Positions 53,023 to 63,892 are shown, counted from the first letter of the stretch. The stretch: DNA of 64,000 nucleotides from an uncultured Isosphaeraceae bacterium (GCA_964507445.1 CAZDQF010000003.1:98578-162577); one strand, 5' to 3'. Translations and numbers: made by a program. Notes: a model not told the origin generated them from the letters alone.

Positions 53023-53814
53023 ATGGCTGAGGACATCTTCGAGGAGATCGTACGTCTGCGTCGCGAGCGCGTGCCGTTCGCGCTCGCGACCGTGGTGAGC
53101 ACCCGGGGGTCCACCCCGGCGAAGGTCCCCACTCGCATGCTCGTCACCCTCGACGGACGCCAGGTGGGCACCGTGGGCGGCGGCTGCGTAGAAGCGGACG
53201 TCATCCGCGCCGCCCGGGACGTCATGGACACGGGCAAACCCAGGACCATGAGCTTCCGCCTGGTGGGCGAAGAGGCCGAACGAACCGGGATCGCGTGCGG
53301 TGGTATCGTTGACATCATGGTGGAGTCGTTGGAGGACCCTCGGGTCGTGATCGTCGGCGCCGGCCACGTCGGGCAGGCGGTGGCTCAGCTCGCCTCCAAC
53401 GTCGGGATCCGAGTGACGATCGTCGATGACCGTCCGGACTTCGCCAACACGGAGCGCTTCCCGACGGCGGACGAGATCCTGGTGTCGGACCTGGATATGC
53501 TGGCCGACGCCGTGAAGATCGGTCCCCGCACCGCTGTCCTCATCATGACCAGGGGACACGCGGAAGACTACGGAGTGGTCCAGTGGGCTCTCGGAACACC
53601 GGCCCTCTCCATCGGCGTCCTCGGTAGCAAGGCCAAGCGCAAGCGGTTCGTGGAAGACCTGGCCGCGGAGACCTGGAGCGAGGAGGCGATCAAGCGCGTC
53701 CGCATGCCCGTAGGTATGGAGATCGGCGCCGAGTCAGTCCCGGAGATCGCCGTCTCCATCGTCGCGGAGCTCATCGCCCTGCGCCATCGTGCCCCGGGCA
53801 ACGTCCATGGCTGA
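53023..53814 (+). CDS. XdhC/CoxI-family accessory protein
   Basis: ATVV..GSTP, GTVGGGCVE, CGG, GAGHVG, DDR, MTRGH, GS..K, IGAESVPEIAVSI. Confidence 0.88.
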   Translation: MAEDIFEEIVRLRRERVPFALATVVSTRGSTPAKVPTRMLVTLDGRQVGTVGGGCVEADVIRAARDVMDTGKPRTMSFRLVGEEAERTGIACGGIVDIMVESLEDPRVVIVGAGHVGQAVAQLASNVGIRVTIVDDRPDFANTERFPTADEILVSDLDMLADAVKIGPRTAVLIMTRGHAEDYGVVQWALGTPALSIGVLGSKAKRKRFVEDLAAETWSEEAIKRVRMPVGMEIGAESVPEIAVSIVAELIALRHRAPGNVHG

Positions 53815-55477
53815 CGCCTCCCTCGAACCACGGCTCCTGGGAGCGCTCAGTCGCATCCTCCAGGGGCTCCCGGATGCCGGCCCGACGCTCACGGACCTGC
53901 TGGAGTTCTGTGCCCGGGAACTGGAGCCCCTCGTCCCTCAGCTCAACACCACCTTCGCCTTCGCCCACGGGAGCCCCCCGAGCCTCGTGGTGCGCGCGGC
54001 CCCCCGAGACTCGGACACCTCTTCACTGCGGGGAGAAGTCCTGGTCCCGTCCGACTCCACCATCATGCCGGCGCTGTCCGCCCACGAGACCCAGGTCGTG
54101 CCCCTCTCACGATCAGGCCAGGGCGCGACCATGGCCTCCCTCGCCGCCGCCGGGTTCCAGACGTTGCTCATGGTTCCCCTCCTTGATGGCGGGGAGCTGC
54201 TCGGGAGCTGGAACCTGGCGTCGAAGAACCCGGACGCCTTCGGCGACGCGGAGATCGCACTCCTGGCTCGGATCGGTGACGTGGTGGCCTTGGCGGCGAC
54301 ACGGGCCCACCTCCATGGTCAGGTGGCGCGGCAAACGGAGCAGCTGGTGGAATCGGAGAAGCTGGCCGTCGTGGGTCGGCTGATCGCCGGGGTGGCTCAC
54401 GAGCTGGGCGGCCCCCTGCAGGCCATCATCAGCCTGGCCGAGGTGCTGAGCCGTGCCCCCGATCGTGACGACCGCGCGGAAGCCGCCAACCGCATCATCA
54501 GATCGGCCCTACGCTGCCGGGGCATGGTCAAGGACCTGTTGACCTACGCTCGCAAGCACCCGCACAGCGTGGAGCCGGTCCAGGTCAGCGACGCCATCAT
54601 GGACGCCCTCGAGTTGGACCGATTCTCCGACGTCGGCGAGGTGCAGGTGCACGTCGAGGGAACAGACGACGTCCCTCCCGTTCTCGCGGACAACCAGCGG
54701 CTCACCCAGGTGTTCCTGAACCTGATCACCAACGCCCGCCACGCCACGGCTCAGGACGGGCGCCCCGGTCTCGTCCGGATCCGCGTCTCCGCCATCGACG
54801 CCGGGGCGTCGCAGATTGACCTCTCCCCTGACTCCCAGGTGGTCCGAGTGGCGGTCGAGGACGACGGCCCCGGAGTCTCTCAGCAGGTCGCGGAGACCAT
54901 GTTCGAGCCCTTCGTCACCACCAAGCCGGTGGGCTCCGGGACCGGCCTCGGATTGAGCGTCAGCCGCAGCCTCATCATGGACATGGGCGGCGCGCTGTAC
55001 CTCGACGGGTCGTTTTCCCCCGGCGCGCGCTTCGTCGTGGAGTTGCCGTCCACATCGAGCCTCCCCACCCCCATCTCTGACGAGGAGGGGGTCCGGGAGA
55101 GCCGTGGACTGCGCATCCTCCTGCTGGACGACGACCGGGAGATCCTGGAGACCTACGAGGCCATCCTGGCCCTCGACGACCACCAGGTCACCTCATGCGA
55201 CCGCGGCAAGAAGGCCCTCGCCATCCTCGAGACCGAGGACTTCGATGTCATCCTGTGCGATGTCCGGCTCCCCGATATCCGCGGCACGGAGTTCCTCCAA
55301 CGCCTGCGAGCCCAGAACCCCGAGTGCGTGGAGCGGGTGATCTTCGCCACCGGGGACGTGGTCAATGACGAGACGCGGGCCTTCCTCGCCTCCGTCCCGA
55401 ATCAGGCGTTGATCAAACCGTTCCTGGCAGAGGACCTGCAACGAGCCATCTCTCGCATCCCACCGACGACGCGGTGA
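53807..55477 (+). CDS. Hybrid sensor histidine kinase (GAF-HisKA-HATPase-REC)
   Basis: SEKLA..GVAHEL, QVFLNLITNA, DDGPG, FVTTK, GTGLGL; ILLLDDD...CDVRLP...KPF. Confidence 0.9.
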   Translation: MADASLEPRLLGALSRILQGLPDAGPTLTDLLEFCARELEPLVPQLNTTFAFAHGSPPSLVVRAAPRDSDTSSLRGEVLVPSDSTIMPALSAHETQVVPLSRSGQGATMASLAAAGFQTLLMVPLLDGGELLGSWNLASKNPDAFGDAEIALLARIGDVVALAATRAHLHGQVARQTEQLVESEKLAVVGRLIAGVAHELGGPLQAIISLAEVLSRAPDRDDRAEAANRIIRSALRCRGMVKDLLTYARKHPHSVEPVQVSDAIMDALELDRFSDVGEVQVHVEGTDDVPPVLADNQRLTQVFLNLITNARHATAQDGRPGLVRIRVSAIDAGASQIDLSPDSQVVRVAVEDDGPGVSQQVAETMFEPFVTTKPVGSGTGLGLSVSRSLIMDMGGALYLDGSFSPGARFVVELPSTSSLPTPISDEEGVRESRGLRILLLDDDREILETYEAILALDDHQVTSCDRGKKALAILETEDFDVILCDVRLPDIRGTEFLQRLRAQNPECVERVIFATGDVVNDETRAFLASVPNQALIKPFLAEDLQRAISRIPPTTR

Positions 55478-55490
55478 GCCCCGAGAGCGC

Positions 55491-57083
55491 TCAGGTCACC
55501 AATCGGACCCAACGGATGCCCTCGTGCCCGGAGAGCTTGGCGAGCGCTTCGCCGGAGGGTGTCCCGTCCAGATTCAAGACCGCCAGGGCTTCGCCTGATC
55601 CGGCGTCACGCCCGACGCTCATGTTGGCGATGTTGATACCGGCATCCGCGAGGACGCTGCCAAGATGAGCGATGATGCCAGGGGCATCCCGATTCGCGCA
55701 CCACAGCATGGGGCCTTCGGGAATAGCGTCGATGTTGAAGCCGAAGGCCCTCACCACCCGCAGGTTCTTGGTGCCGAAGAGGGTCCCCGCCAACTCCAGC
55801 TCCCCCTCCCCATGGTGGACCCGGACCCGCAGCAGGGACTGGAACGACTTGTGGGCTCCGCGCTGCATGGAGGACACCCGGATGCCACGCTCCTCGGCGA
55901 AGAGCGACGCGTTGACCGGGTTCAGGGGCTCGCCCACGAAGCGGCTCAGGATGCCCAGCAAGACCTCTGTCGTGATCGCCTCCGGCGGACAGGTCTGTGC
56001 GATCTCTCCCACCCGGGTCAGGTCCACCTGCCGGATGCCGTCTCCCACCAGGGCGGACGCCAGCCACCCCAGTCGTCCGGCCAGGTCAATCCACGGCCTG
56101 ACCTCTGCCTCGACCGAGGGGTCCAGGGCGACGACGTTGACGGCGTTCTCGATCACGCCCTCGGTCAGGTATCGGCCCAGCTGCGCGGCGATGGCCTGGG
56201 CCACACCTGCCTGCGCCTCCGCCGTGCTGGCACCCAGATGCGGAGTCCCGATGACGGCCGGGTGCTGAATCAACGAATTGTCCTCCGGGGGTTCGGACTC
56301 GAACACGTCCAGCGCCGCCCCCGCCACACGACCGTCGTTCAGGGAGTCCAGCAGCGCCGCCTCATCCACGATCCCTCCGCGGGCCACATTGAGGATCCTG
56401 ATGCCAGGCTTGGCCGCGCTCAGCAACGTCGCGTCGATGAGATGACGGGTCGCTTCTGATAGCGGGCAATGCACGGTGAGAAAATCCGACTCGGAGACCA
56501 GCGTCTCCAGTGAACGCAACTGGATGCCCAGGTCCGCCGCTGCCTCGTCGGTGGTCAGGGGGTCATAGGCCAGGACCCGCATCCTCAGCCCTCGCCCCCG
56601 CTCCGCGACTTCGCGCCCGATGCGACCCAGCCCGATGACCCCCAGGGTCTTCCCGGTCAGCTCGATGCCCTTGTAGGTCTTACGCTCCCAGCGCCCCGCG
56701 CGGAGACTCTCCGCCGCCTGCGGCACGGACCTGGCGAGCGCCGTCATCAACGCGATGGTGTGCTCCGCCGCCGCCACCGCGTTCCCCCCGGGGACGTTCA
56801 TGACGACGACCCCTGCGCGGGTGGCGGCAGAGAGGTCGATGTTGTCGACCCCCGTGCCGGCCCGCCCGATGACCCGTAATCGGCTGCCGGCGGCGATCAC
56901 GGGAGCATCCACCACCGTACGGCTGCGGACGATCAACCCATCGAAGGCCGGGATCTCCACCACGAGCTCAGCGGCGCTGATGCCTCCCCTGTCGACGACC
57001 TCAACGCCGCAGCCAAGGAGGGGCTCCAGCTGCTCCGAATCCACCGAGTCGGCCACCAGAACACGCATGGAATCAGCGATCAT
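55491..57083 (-). CDS. serA: D-3-phosphoglycerate dehydrogenase (long form with ACT)
   Basis: RAGTGVDNID, GLGRIG, NVARGG, PHLGAST.EAQ, ACT domain INIANM. Confidence 0.95.
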   Translation of the reverse strand: MIADSMRVLVADSVDSEQLEPLLGCGVEVVDRGGISAAELVVEIPAFDGLIVRSRTVVDAPVIAAGSRLRVIGRAGTGVDNIDLSAATRAGVVVMNVPGGNAVAAAEHTIALMTALARSVPQAAESLRAGRWERKTYKGIELTGKTLGVIGLGRIGREVAERGRGLRMRVLAYDPLTTDEAAADLGIQLRSLETLVSESDFLTVHCPLSEATRHLIDATLLSAAKPGIRILNVARGGIVDEAALLDSLNDGRVAGAALDVFESEPPEDNSLIQHPAVIGTPHLGASTAEAQAGVAQAIAAQLGRYLTEGVIENAVNVVALDPSVEAEVRPWIDLAGRLGWLASALVGDGIRQVDLTRVGEIAQTCPPEAITTEVLLGILSRFVGEPLNPVNASLFAEERGIRVSSMQRGAHKSFQSLLRVRVHHGEGELELAGTLFGTKNLRVVRAFGFNIDAIPEGPMLWCANRDAPGIIAHLGSVLADAGINIANMSVGRDAGSGEALAVLNLDGTPSGEALAKLSGHEGIRWVRLVT

Positions 57084-57218
57084 GGGCGAATCTTCCCGAG
57101 TCGGTCCCGGATGATCAAGCTCCACCCCGAGATACGGGAACGGCCAGAAGGGGGCCTCACCGCTTGGTGGCCTCATCTTCCCCTTGCTACGCTCAATGCC
57201 AGCGGGAGGCAAAAAGCA

Positions 57219-58556
57219 ATGACACTCGGGACATTTCCTTCATTCCGTACGGCCCCTGATCAGGTCAAGTCTTCTCTGGATCAGCTGATCCTGGCGGACG
57301 GCCTGGACCTCATCTTCGACCCTGACCGCAGCCACGACGCCTGGCTCGTGGACGCCCGGAACGGCACCGAATACCTGGACCTGTTCAGCTTCTTCGCCAG
57401 CCTGCCCATCGGGTTCAACCACCCCGGTCTCCGGGACGAGGCCTATGTCGCCAGGCTCCTCCAGGCGGCCCATATCAAGCCCACCAATTCGGACATCTAC
57501 ACCCAGGCCATGGCGGACTTCACGGAGTCCTTCGGGCGGACCCTCCCCGCCGCCTTCAACAACCTGTTCTTCGTCGAGGGCGGGGCCCTGGCCGTCGAGA
57601 ACGCGCTCAAGACGGCGTTCGACTGGAAGGTCCGGAAGAACCTGGCCGCCGGCCGGCCGGACACCCTCGGGACCAAGGTGATCCACTTCGAGTGGGCGTT
57701 CCACGGACGATCCGGCTACACGCTCTCCCTCACCAACACCTTCGATCCGAACAAGACCCGGTACTTCCCGCAGTTCGATTGGCCGCGAGTCTCCGCCCCC
57801 GGCATCCACTTCCCGCTTGACGACGCCTCGCTGGCGCAGGTCAAGGCGGCCGAAGAACACACCCTGCGCCAGATCAAGGACGCCATACAGCAGAACCCAC
57901 ACGACATCGCCGCGCTCATCATCGAGACCATTCAGGGAGAAGGGGGCGACGTTCACTTCCGGCCGGAGTTCCTCAAGAGCCTGCGCGAGCTGGCCGACCA
58001 GGAGGAGTTCCTCCTCATCTTCGACGAGGTCCAGGCGGGCCTCGGCCTCACGGGACGCTGGTGGGCCTTCGAGAACATGGGCGTGGAGCCGGACGTGTTC
58101 TCGTTCGGAAAGAAGACACAGGTGTGCGGCATCGCAGCCACGGACCGGATCCGCGAAGTCGACTCCGTCTTCGATGTGTCCAGCCGTATCAACTCCACCT
58201 GGGGTGGCGGGCTGGTGGACATGGTGCGGTGCGAGCGGTACATCCAGATCATCGAGGAGGACGCGCTGCTCCAGAACGCCGCGGACACCGGCGCCTACGC
58301 CCTGCAACAACTCACCGCTCTGGCCGAGTCCCATGACGCCATGGACAACGTCCGAGGGCAGGGGTTGATGTGCGCGTTCGACCTGCCGGACGATGACTCC
58401 CGCGAGAAGGTGCGGAGCAACCTGATGGACGAACAGAAGGTGATCATGCTGCCCTCCGGGCGGCGCAGCCTGCGCTTCCGGCCGGTGCTGGACCTGACCC
58501 GCGCACACGTGGATGAGGCCATCAAGCGGATCGACGCGGCCCTGGGCGTCATCTGA
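57219..58556 (+). CDS. lat: L-lysine 6-transaminase
   Basis: YLDLFSFFAS, KPTNSD, GALAVENALK.AFDWK, FHGRSGYTLSLT, FGKKTQVCG, SSRINSTWGG. Confidence 0.9.
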   Translation: MTLGTFPSFRTAPDQVKSSLDQLILADGLDLIFDPDRSHDAWLVDARNGTEYLDLFSFFASLPIGFNHPGLRDEAYVARLLQAAHIKPTNSDIYTQAMADFTESFGRTLPAAFNNLFFVEGGALAVENALKTAFDWKVRKNLAAGRPDTLGTKVIHFEWAFHGRSGYTLSLTNTFDPNKTRYFPQFDWPRVSAPGIHFPLDDASLAQVKAAEEHTLRQIKDAIQQNPHDIAALIIETIQGEGGDVHFRPEFLKSLRELADQEEFLLIFDEVQAGLGLTGRWWAFENMGVEPDVFSFGKKTQVCGIAATDRIREVDSVFDVSSRINSTWGGGLVDMVRCERYIQIIEEDALLQNAADTGAYALQQLTALAESHDAMDNVRGQGLMCAFDLPDDDSREKVRSNLMDEQKVIMLPSGRRSLRFRPVLDLTRAHVDEAIKRIDAALGVI

Positions 58557-58563
58557 GAGGACC

Positions 58564-59871
58564 ATGGCACGACTCCCGGCTCCCATCATCGCTCTCCTGA
58601 TCTGCTCACTCCTGGCCGTGGCCCAGGAGGACCCGGCAGGGGCCAACGCTCAGGAGCGACGATCCGTCGAAGCGCTCCGCGATCTGGCGAAGGGAGAGGT
58701 CCGGAAGATGGAGGCCCTCTTCGAGGACCAACTGACGGAGGCCCTCATCATCCTCCGCGAGACCCCGAGGAGCGCGGACACAGCCATGGCCATGGCCGCC
58801 CGGCGCAAGCTCGCGCCCTGGGCCAACGTGTTCCCGGAGCGCTTCATCCAGCTGATCGTCGAAGCCAAGGCCCTCTTCGACCTTCGTGCCCACCTCGTCG
58901 ACGTGATCACCCTGACCGGAAACCCTCAGTGCGCGGAACGGCTGGCCGCCCTCATCGGAACGGAGGGCGACGACCTGGACCGGATCTGTGTCGAGGGGAT
59001 CGGCTACATCCCGGGCGCCACCACGCAGATCCAGCAACGGCTGATCACCCTCGCGGCGCAGTCAGAGTCCAGCGCGACACGCGGCGCCGTCATGCTGGCC
59101 CTAGCGCGCCTGAAGTCCCCTGCCGCCGCCCCCATGGCCCGGGCCACGATCAAGGACAGCAAGCTCCCCGCCGAGCGAGTCGTGGCGGTGCAGGCACTGG
59201 CCATCGCTCCCCACGCACCGCGAGAAGACGTCCGCCTTACGAGGAAGATCCTCAGCGAGGACAACCTGGACAACGGACTCAGGGTCGCCGTTCTCCAAGC
59301 GTTACGGGAGTATGAACCGAGCAGCGAGAACAGACGCATCCTTCATCGGGCGCTGAGTGAAGAACCCACGGAGTTGATCGCAGCAGCTCTGCATTCCCTT
59401 GAGACCGTCGCCAGCAAGGAGTCGTCCAAGGGCCCTCTGATCAAGCTGATCAAGAGGAAGAGCGTGGATCGCGCTCTGCGGGACAAGGCCGCCCGGATCC
59501 TCTGCGCCCTCGGCCTCAAGGAGGGCGCCCGCATCCTGGTGGAACCGTTCAAGCACGGCGCCGACGGCGAACGGTCGAGCAATCTCCTCCAGGAGGCCGC
59601 CGCAGATGCGTACTACGACCTGCACGACTTCGAGGACGCCATCGTCTACTACCGTCGCGCATGCGCCCTCGTCTCCGGCTCACGCCGCGCACGGCACCAC
59701 GTGTCCATCGCCCGGTGCTACGCTCGGATGGGGAGCTTCGACAAGGCCCAGAACGAGCTCAAGAAGGCCGGCTACGACAGCTTTCACAACTTCGCTGACG
59801 ACCCGGCCTTCACCGCCATGAAAGAGGACCCCAAGTGGGGTCCCCTGTTCACCGAAGACTCAGGCGAGTGA
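58564..59871 (+). CDS. Exported HEAT-repeat/TPR protein
   Basis: Signal peptide; HEAT-like helical repeats; C-terminal TPRs ending GY...DPAF. Confidence 0.65.
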   Translation: MARLPAPIIALLICSLLAVAQEDPAGANAQERRSVEALRDLAKGEVRKMEALFEDQLTEALIILRETPRSADTAMAMAARRKLAPWANVFPERFIQLIVEAKALFDLRAHLVDVITLTGNPQCAERLAALIGTEGDDLDRICVEGIGYIPGATTQIQQRLITLAAQSESSATRGAVMLALARLKSPAAAPMARATIKDSKLPAERVVAVQALAIAPHAPREDVRLTRKILSEDNLDNGLRVAVLQALREYEPSSENRRILHRALSEEPTELIAAALHSLETVASKESSKGPLIKLIKRKSVDRALRDKAARILCALGLKEGARILVEPFKHGADGERSSNLLQEAAADAYYDLHDFEDAIVYYRRACALVSGSRRARHHVSIARCYARMGSFDKAQNELKKAGYDSFHNFADDPAFTAMKEDPKWGPLFTEDSGE

Positions 59872-59889
59872 TCCTCGGCATCCCGTCGG

Positions 59890-61323
59890 TCAGTTGCCGA
59901 CGGGATGAGCCTCGCCGGCGAGCTCAAACGGACCCGGCTGCTGCGACTCGGAGCTGAGCAATTCGACGCTGGCCAGCAGCTCCAGGAACGCCGGCCTGGC
60001 GCGAGGGAATTCCGCCTCCGGAGCGGCGCACAGGACCGCGAAGGCCCGGGCGTCGTCGCCGCTGATGACCGCACCAAGGGTCCGGATCGTGACTCCCCGC
60101 CGACGGCATGTCGCCTCGAAGACCAGCCGGCCTGCCTCGTTCAGCGAAGGGGCCGCAGACACCGCGACCCGGAAGTCCTCGGAGCTCCGCTCCATCTGCG
60201 ACAGCAACCCCATGGTCAGCCCCTCTTCGGTGACCCCGGTCTCCGGGTCATCGAATCGGAGGACATCCACCGTGGCCCGCAGCCCCGGCCGGAGCAGAGA
60301 GAAGACGACGCCGTCTTGTCCACCGGACGCCGATTCCCAGGCCAGATCGGGTCGCAGCATGCGCACCCCGTGGCCTTCGTCGATCAGCTCGAGCGCCAGG
60401 TCGGCATGTTCCGGGGCCTCCTCCCCTCGAGCGAACGCCAGCACCTCGTTCTTGGGAGCCCGCAGGGACACCAGATGGGTCGTGCCGAGCTCCTCGCGGA
60501 CCACATGCCCGGACATGTCGAACCAGGTGACGAGTTCACGAGGCCCCGCACGCCGACGAAAGACCAGGACATCCCGGACCCGGCCCCGAAGGGTGATGCG
60601 TTCCGGGACCCGATCGACCGTCACCTCCGCGAACGTCATGTCCCGCGGCCGGAAGACCTGATGAGGCCTGTCGGTGGTCGTGGTCGGAGGCTCTCCCGCC
60701 AGCCTGCGAAGCAGCATCCCGGGGAACTGCGTACCTGGCCGAAGCAAGGCCGTGCCCTCATAGAGCCGACCACCGCGATCATCCCGCGTGCGCAGGGTGA
60801 GCCCATCCCGTCTCCCCTTGACCACACGCCCGGATCGTCCGCTGGACATGCGGTGCTCGAAGCCCCTGGGCTCCAGATCAGCGTCCACGAACTCCACGGT
60901 GGTCAGGTCGACGTCCGCGTCACCACCCGGGGCAGCCACGAACACCATCCGATCCGTGAGGGTGTACCCCGGCGTGCCGTCACGGAGCTCGCGCCTGAGG
61001 AAGAGGGTCCGGTAACCCACGCGCTTGCCATCGCGATACAGGAAGTGGAAGTCCTCGTGGTCCTGGAAGCGCGAGAGCGCCCGCAGGGACGAGGCCGCAT
61101 CCCCCCCGACAGCGTCAGGACCGATGGTGATCTCCGAGATCTGACTGCGCCGGAGCTGCATGCTCCCTCCGGCGAAGGCGATGACGACGAACTCGTCCGC
61201 CTCCTCGATGATCGTCCCCTCGAGGACCGCCCCGGTGTTCAAGCGAACCACATCCTGCCCGTTCCCAACGGCGGACAGCGTCAGCAGCAGGGTGAACGTG
61301 CACGCAACGTGATAACTGCTCAT
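59890..61323 (-). CDS. Exported hypothetical protein
   Basis: Signal peptide; N-terminal DVVRLNTGAVLEGTIIEE small beta module. Confidence 0.6.
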   Translation of the reverse strand: MSSYHVACTFTLLLTLSAVGNGQDVVRLNTGAVLEGTIIEEADEFVVIAFAGGSMQLRRSQISEITIGPDAVGGDAASSLRALSRFQDHEDFHFLYRDGKRVGYRTLFLRRELRDGTPGYTLTDRMVFVAAPGGDADVDLTTVEFVDADLEPRGFEHRMSSGRSGRVVKGRRDGLTLRTRDDRGGRLYEGTALLRPGTQFPGMLLRRLAGEPPTTTTDRPHQVFRPRDMTFAEVTVDRVPERITLRGRVRDVLVFRRRAGPRELVTWFDMSGHVVREELGTTHLVSLRAPKNEVLAFARGEEAPEHADLALELIDEGHGVRMLRPDLAWESASGGQDGVVFSLLRPGLRATVDVLRFDDPETGVTEEGLTMGLLSQMERSSEDFRVAVSAAPSLNEAGRLVFEATCRRRGVTIRTLGAVISGDDARAFAVLCAAPEAEFPRARPAFLELLASVELLSSESQQPGPFELAGEAHPVGN

Positions 61324-61502
61324 GAATTAACGTCTCCGGACCGTTGGGTACATCGGCAGCATAAGGAGAGGACCTGGATAGATTTCCGTCCCATCCAGGT
61401 GAACTGAACCGGTCGGGTGGATAGGGTCTGGGACCCTCGACGGGACGAAGGCTCCGGAGCCCGTCGTCCAAGATCCCAGCTTCATTCCCCGGGAGAACCG
61501 GT

Positions 61503-62900
61503 ATGCGTAGGTTCATTTCAACATGGGCCATTGTCCTCCTCTCGACCACCGCCCAGAGCCAGACGAAGGACCAGGACAACCCCCTCAAGTACGGCGAGCC
61601 GGTCCCCAACGGCGCCATCGCGGTGATCGACGGCATGACCGTGAGCGCCGAGGAGTTCTACGCAGAGCTCGCCCGCCAGCAGACCCGCCCGACGGCCATG
61701 GGGATGTCGGTAGTGGAGTCGCTCATCGACGAGCAGATCATCGTCCAGGCCATGAACCGCGAGGGGATCAGCGTCTCCGACCAAGAGGTGAAGTCCCGGA
61801 TCGAGGCGCTCGCTTCGCAACTGAAGGCGCAGGGCAAGGACCTGGTCGCCGAGCTGGAGAAGAACGGGGTCCCTCTCGCCACGGTCGAGGACAAGCTGCG
61901 TCGGGTCGTAGCCCTCGACAAGTTGATCCGAGCCCGGGGTACGGTCCCGGAGGGCAAGCCGATCTCCAACACCTACCGCAACGCCTGGATCGCCGACGCG
62001 CGGAAGAGCATCGCGAACAAGATCGTCGTCCCCCCTGCCAAGCTACCCGAGGGTGTGGTGGCCACCGTCGACGGCGAGGAGATCACGGCGCGCGAGTTCG
62101 CCGAGGACGTCCTCATCAAGCTGGATGACCAGGAGATCCTCCGGGTCATCGAGGACATCCTCCAGGAGAAGCTCATCGTCAGGATTCTGGCCTCGCGCAG
62201 CATGCAGATCGACGAGGCTGGTCTGCTCGCGGAATGGGAGTACAGGAAGAAGCGCTTCAACGCGGACTCCCGATACAAGGGCATCCCCTACGAGGAGATC
62301 GTCAAGCAGCAGACCGGGCTCGATCCTGCCAGCCTGCGGAGCTCTCTGGGGTTCAGGGTCAACACCGCGGTCGGGATGATCGCCGCAGCCTGGTTCACTC
62401 CGGCGCAGCTGCTCGACGCCTACGAGACGCATAAACGCCGCTATGGACCGCGCCTCTCCTGCGCCCACATCCTCATTGAAGCCACGGACGTAGAGGTCCG
62501 GCAGAAGACCGGGGTCCCGTCCTTCGCGGTGGCGAAGGCCCGCGCGGAGCACGTGCTCGGAGAGTTGGAGAAGGGCACCCGCTTCGAGGAGCTGGCTCGG
62601 ATCTGGAGCAAGGACAAGGCCACCAGCAGAAAGGGCGGGCGCTTACCGACCTTCACCCCGGAGCGAACCGTATTCGAGGAGTCCATCGTCCGTTGCGCCG
62701 AGGGCCTTCAGGTGGGTGAGATCTCCCAGCCGGTCCGGACGGCGTCCGGCTGGCATCTGGTGAAGCTCCTGGGACGGAACCCCGCTCCACCGGCGGCGGA
62801 CGCCGACGTCGAGAACGACCTGCGCCGGTTCCTCGCCACCAAGATGTTCAGCGACGCCTACAAGGCAGCCAAGATCGGCGTGGACTTCCGCCGCCCGTAA
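61503..62900 (+). CDS. SurA/PrsA-like parvulin peptidyl-prolyl isomerase
   Basis: Two SurA-N-like modules; AHILI, FEELARIWSKD..KGG.L, GEISQPVRTASGWHLVK. Confidence 0.85.
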   Translation: MRRFISTWAIVLLSTTAQSQTKDQDNPLKYGEPVPNGAIAVIDGMTVSAEEFYAELARQQTRPTAMGMSVVESLIDEQIIVQAMNREGISVSDQEVKSRIEALASQLKAQGKDLVAELEKNGVPLATVEDKLRRVVALDKLIRARGTVPEGKPISNTYRNAWIADARKSIANKIVVPPAKLPEGVVATVDGEEITAREFAEDVLIKLDDQEILRVIEDILQEKLIVRILASRSMQIDEAGLLAEWEYRKKRFNADSRYKGIPYEEIVKQQTGLDPASLRSSLGFRVNTAVGMIAAAWFTPAQLLDAYETHKRRYGPRLSCAHILIEATDVEVRQKTGVPSFAVAKARAEHVLGELEKGTRFEELARIWSKDKATSRKGGRLPTFTPERTVFEESIVRCAEGLQVGEISQPVRTASGWHLVKLLGRNPAPPAADADVENDLRRFLATKMFSDAYKAAKIGVDFRRP

Positions 62901-62916
62901 CCCCGCGGCGGCGCCG

Positions 62917-63843
62917 TCAGACGCGGTGCAACCGCTGGGGCCAGAGCAGCGCTTGGAGTTGACCGCGGCGGCGCCCGAGCACCCGCACGGCCCGCAGGAT
63001 CGGCGCCGCGCTGACCACGGCGTCGCGCTTGACGATCGCCACCGGCAGCAGCAACAGCCCCAGACAAGGGGCCAGGAACACACGCAGGACGTCCGTCAGG
63101 AGCTTCACCCCCGCATGAATCGGCGCCGCGCCGTGCTTCCGCGCCAGCAACACATCCGACTGGCCGTACCTGCGGTACTGACGGAAGAGGTCCGACAGGG
63201 TCTCCCGGTGGACGTGGTCCACGATCGCGCCGGTCACCAGACGCATGGCTCCATCGGGCCAACGCACTCGTAGGCGCCAACAGAAGTCCGCGTCGCCGCC
63301 GGAGAACAACGAGGCGTCGAAGCCCACCTCCCGCGCCCGCTCCGTCCGGACCCCGAGGTTGGCCGTCTGCAAGAACCCGCCACCGGGGTGACGCAATGTG
63401 TGGGCCTGAGAGAGGATGTTCTCACGGGCGGAGTACCGGGAGACCAGGCTGCGGGCGCCCTCCGCGGCGCACACCTCACCCCCGGCCATGAGGACCTCCG
63501 GGTCACCCAGCTCCTGGGCCATGCGCGCCACCCAGCTCGAAGTAGGGCGACAATCCGCATCCGTGAACAACACGAAACGGCCTCGAGCGGCCTCAAGACC
63601 ACGGCTCCGGGCTGCGTAAGCCCCGGGCGTCAACTCCTCCAGGACACGAACCACGTCTGGATGCGCAGCGGCCATCGTCTCGGCGATGTCGCGGGTCCCG
63701 TCATCGGAGCCGTTGTCGACGACGATCACCTCCAGGGCGGGGCACCCTGACTGACGGACCAGGGCCTCCAGGCACGACCGCAGCGTCCCCTCCGCCCGGT
63801 AGCAGGGGACGATGACGCTCACCACGGGCTCAGCGCTGGACAT
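62917..63843 (-). CDS. Glycosyltransferase family 2
   Basis: VSVIVPCY, VVDNGSDD, FTDADC, GGDADFCWR. Confidence 0.9.
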   Translation of the reverse strand: MSSAEPVVSVIVPCYRAEGTLRSCLEALVRQSGCPALEVIVVDNGSDDGTRDIAETMAAAHPDVVRVLEELTPGAYAARSRGLEAARGRFVLFTDADCRPTSSWVARMAQELGDPEVLMAGGEVCAAEGARSLVSRYSARENILSQAHTLRHPGGGFLQTANLGVRTERAREVGFDASLFSGGDADFCWRLRVRWPDGAMRLVTGAIVDHVHRETLSDLFRQYRRYGQSDVLLARKHGAAPIHAGVKLLTDVLRVFLAPCLGLLLLPVAIVKRDAVVSAAPILRAVRVLGRRRGQLQALLWPQRLHRV

Positions 63844-63892
63844 CGACCTTTCTCCATCCACCGCCTATCATCCGAGGGCGGGATGAGCGGAA

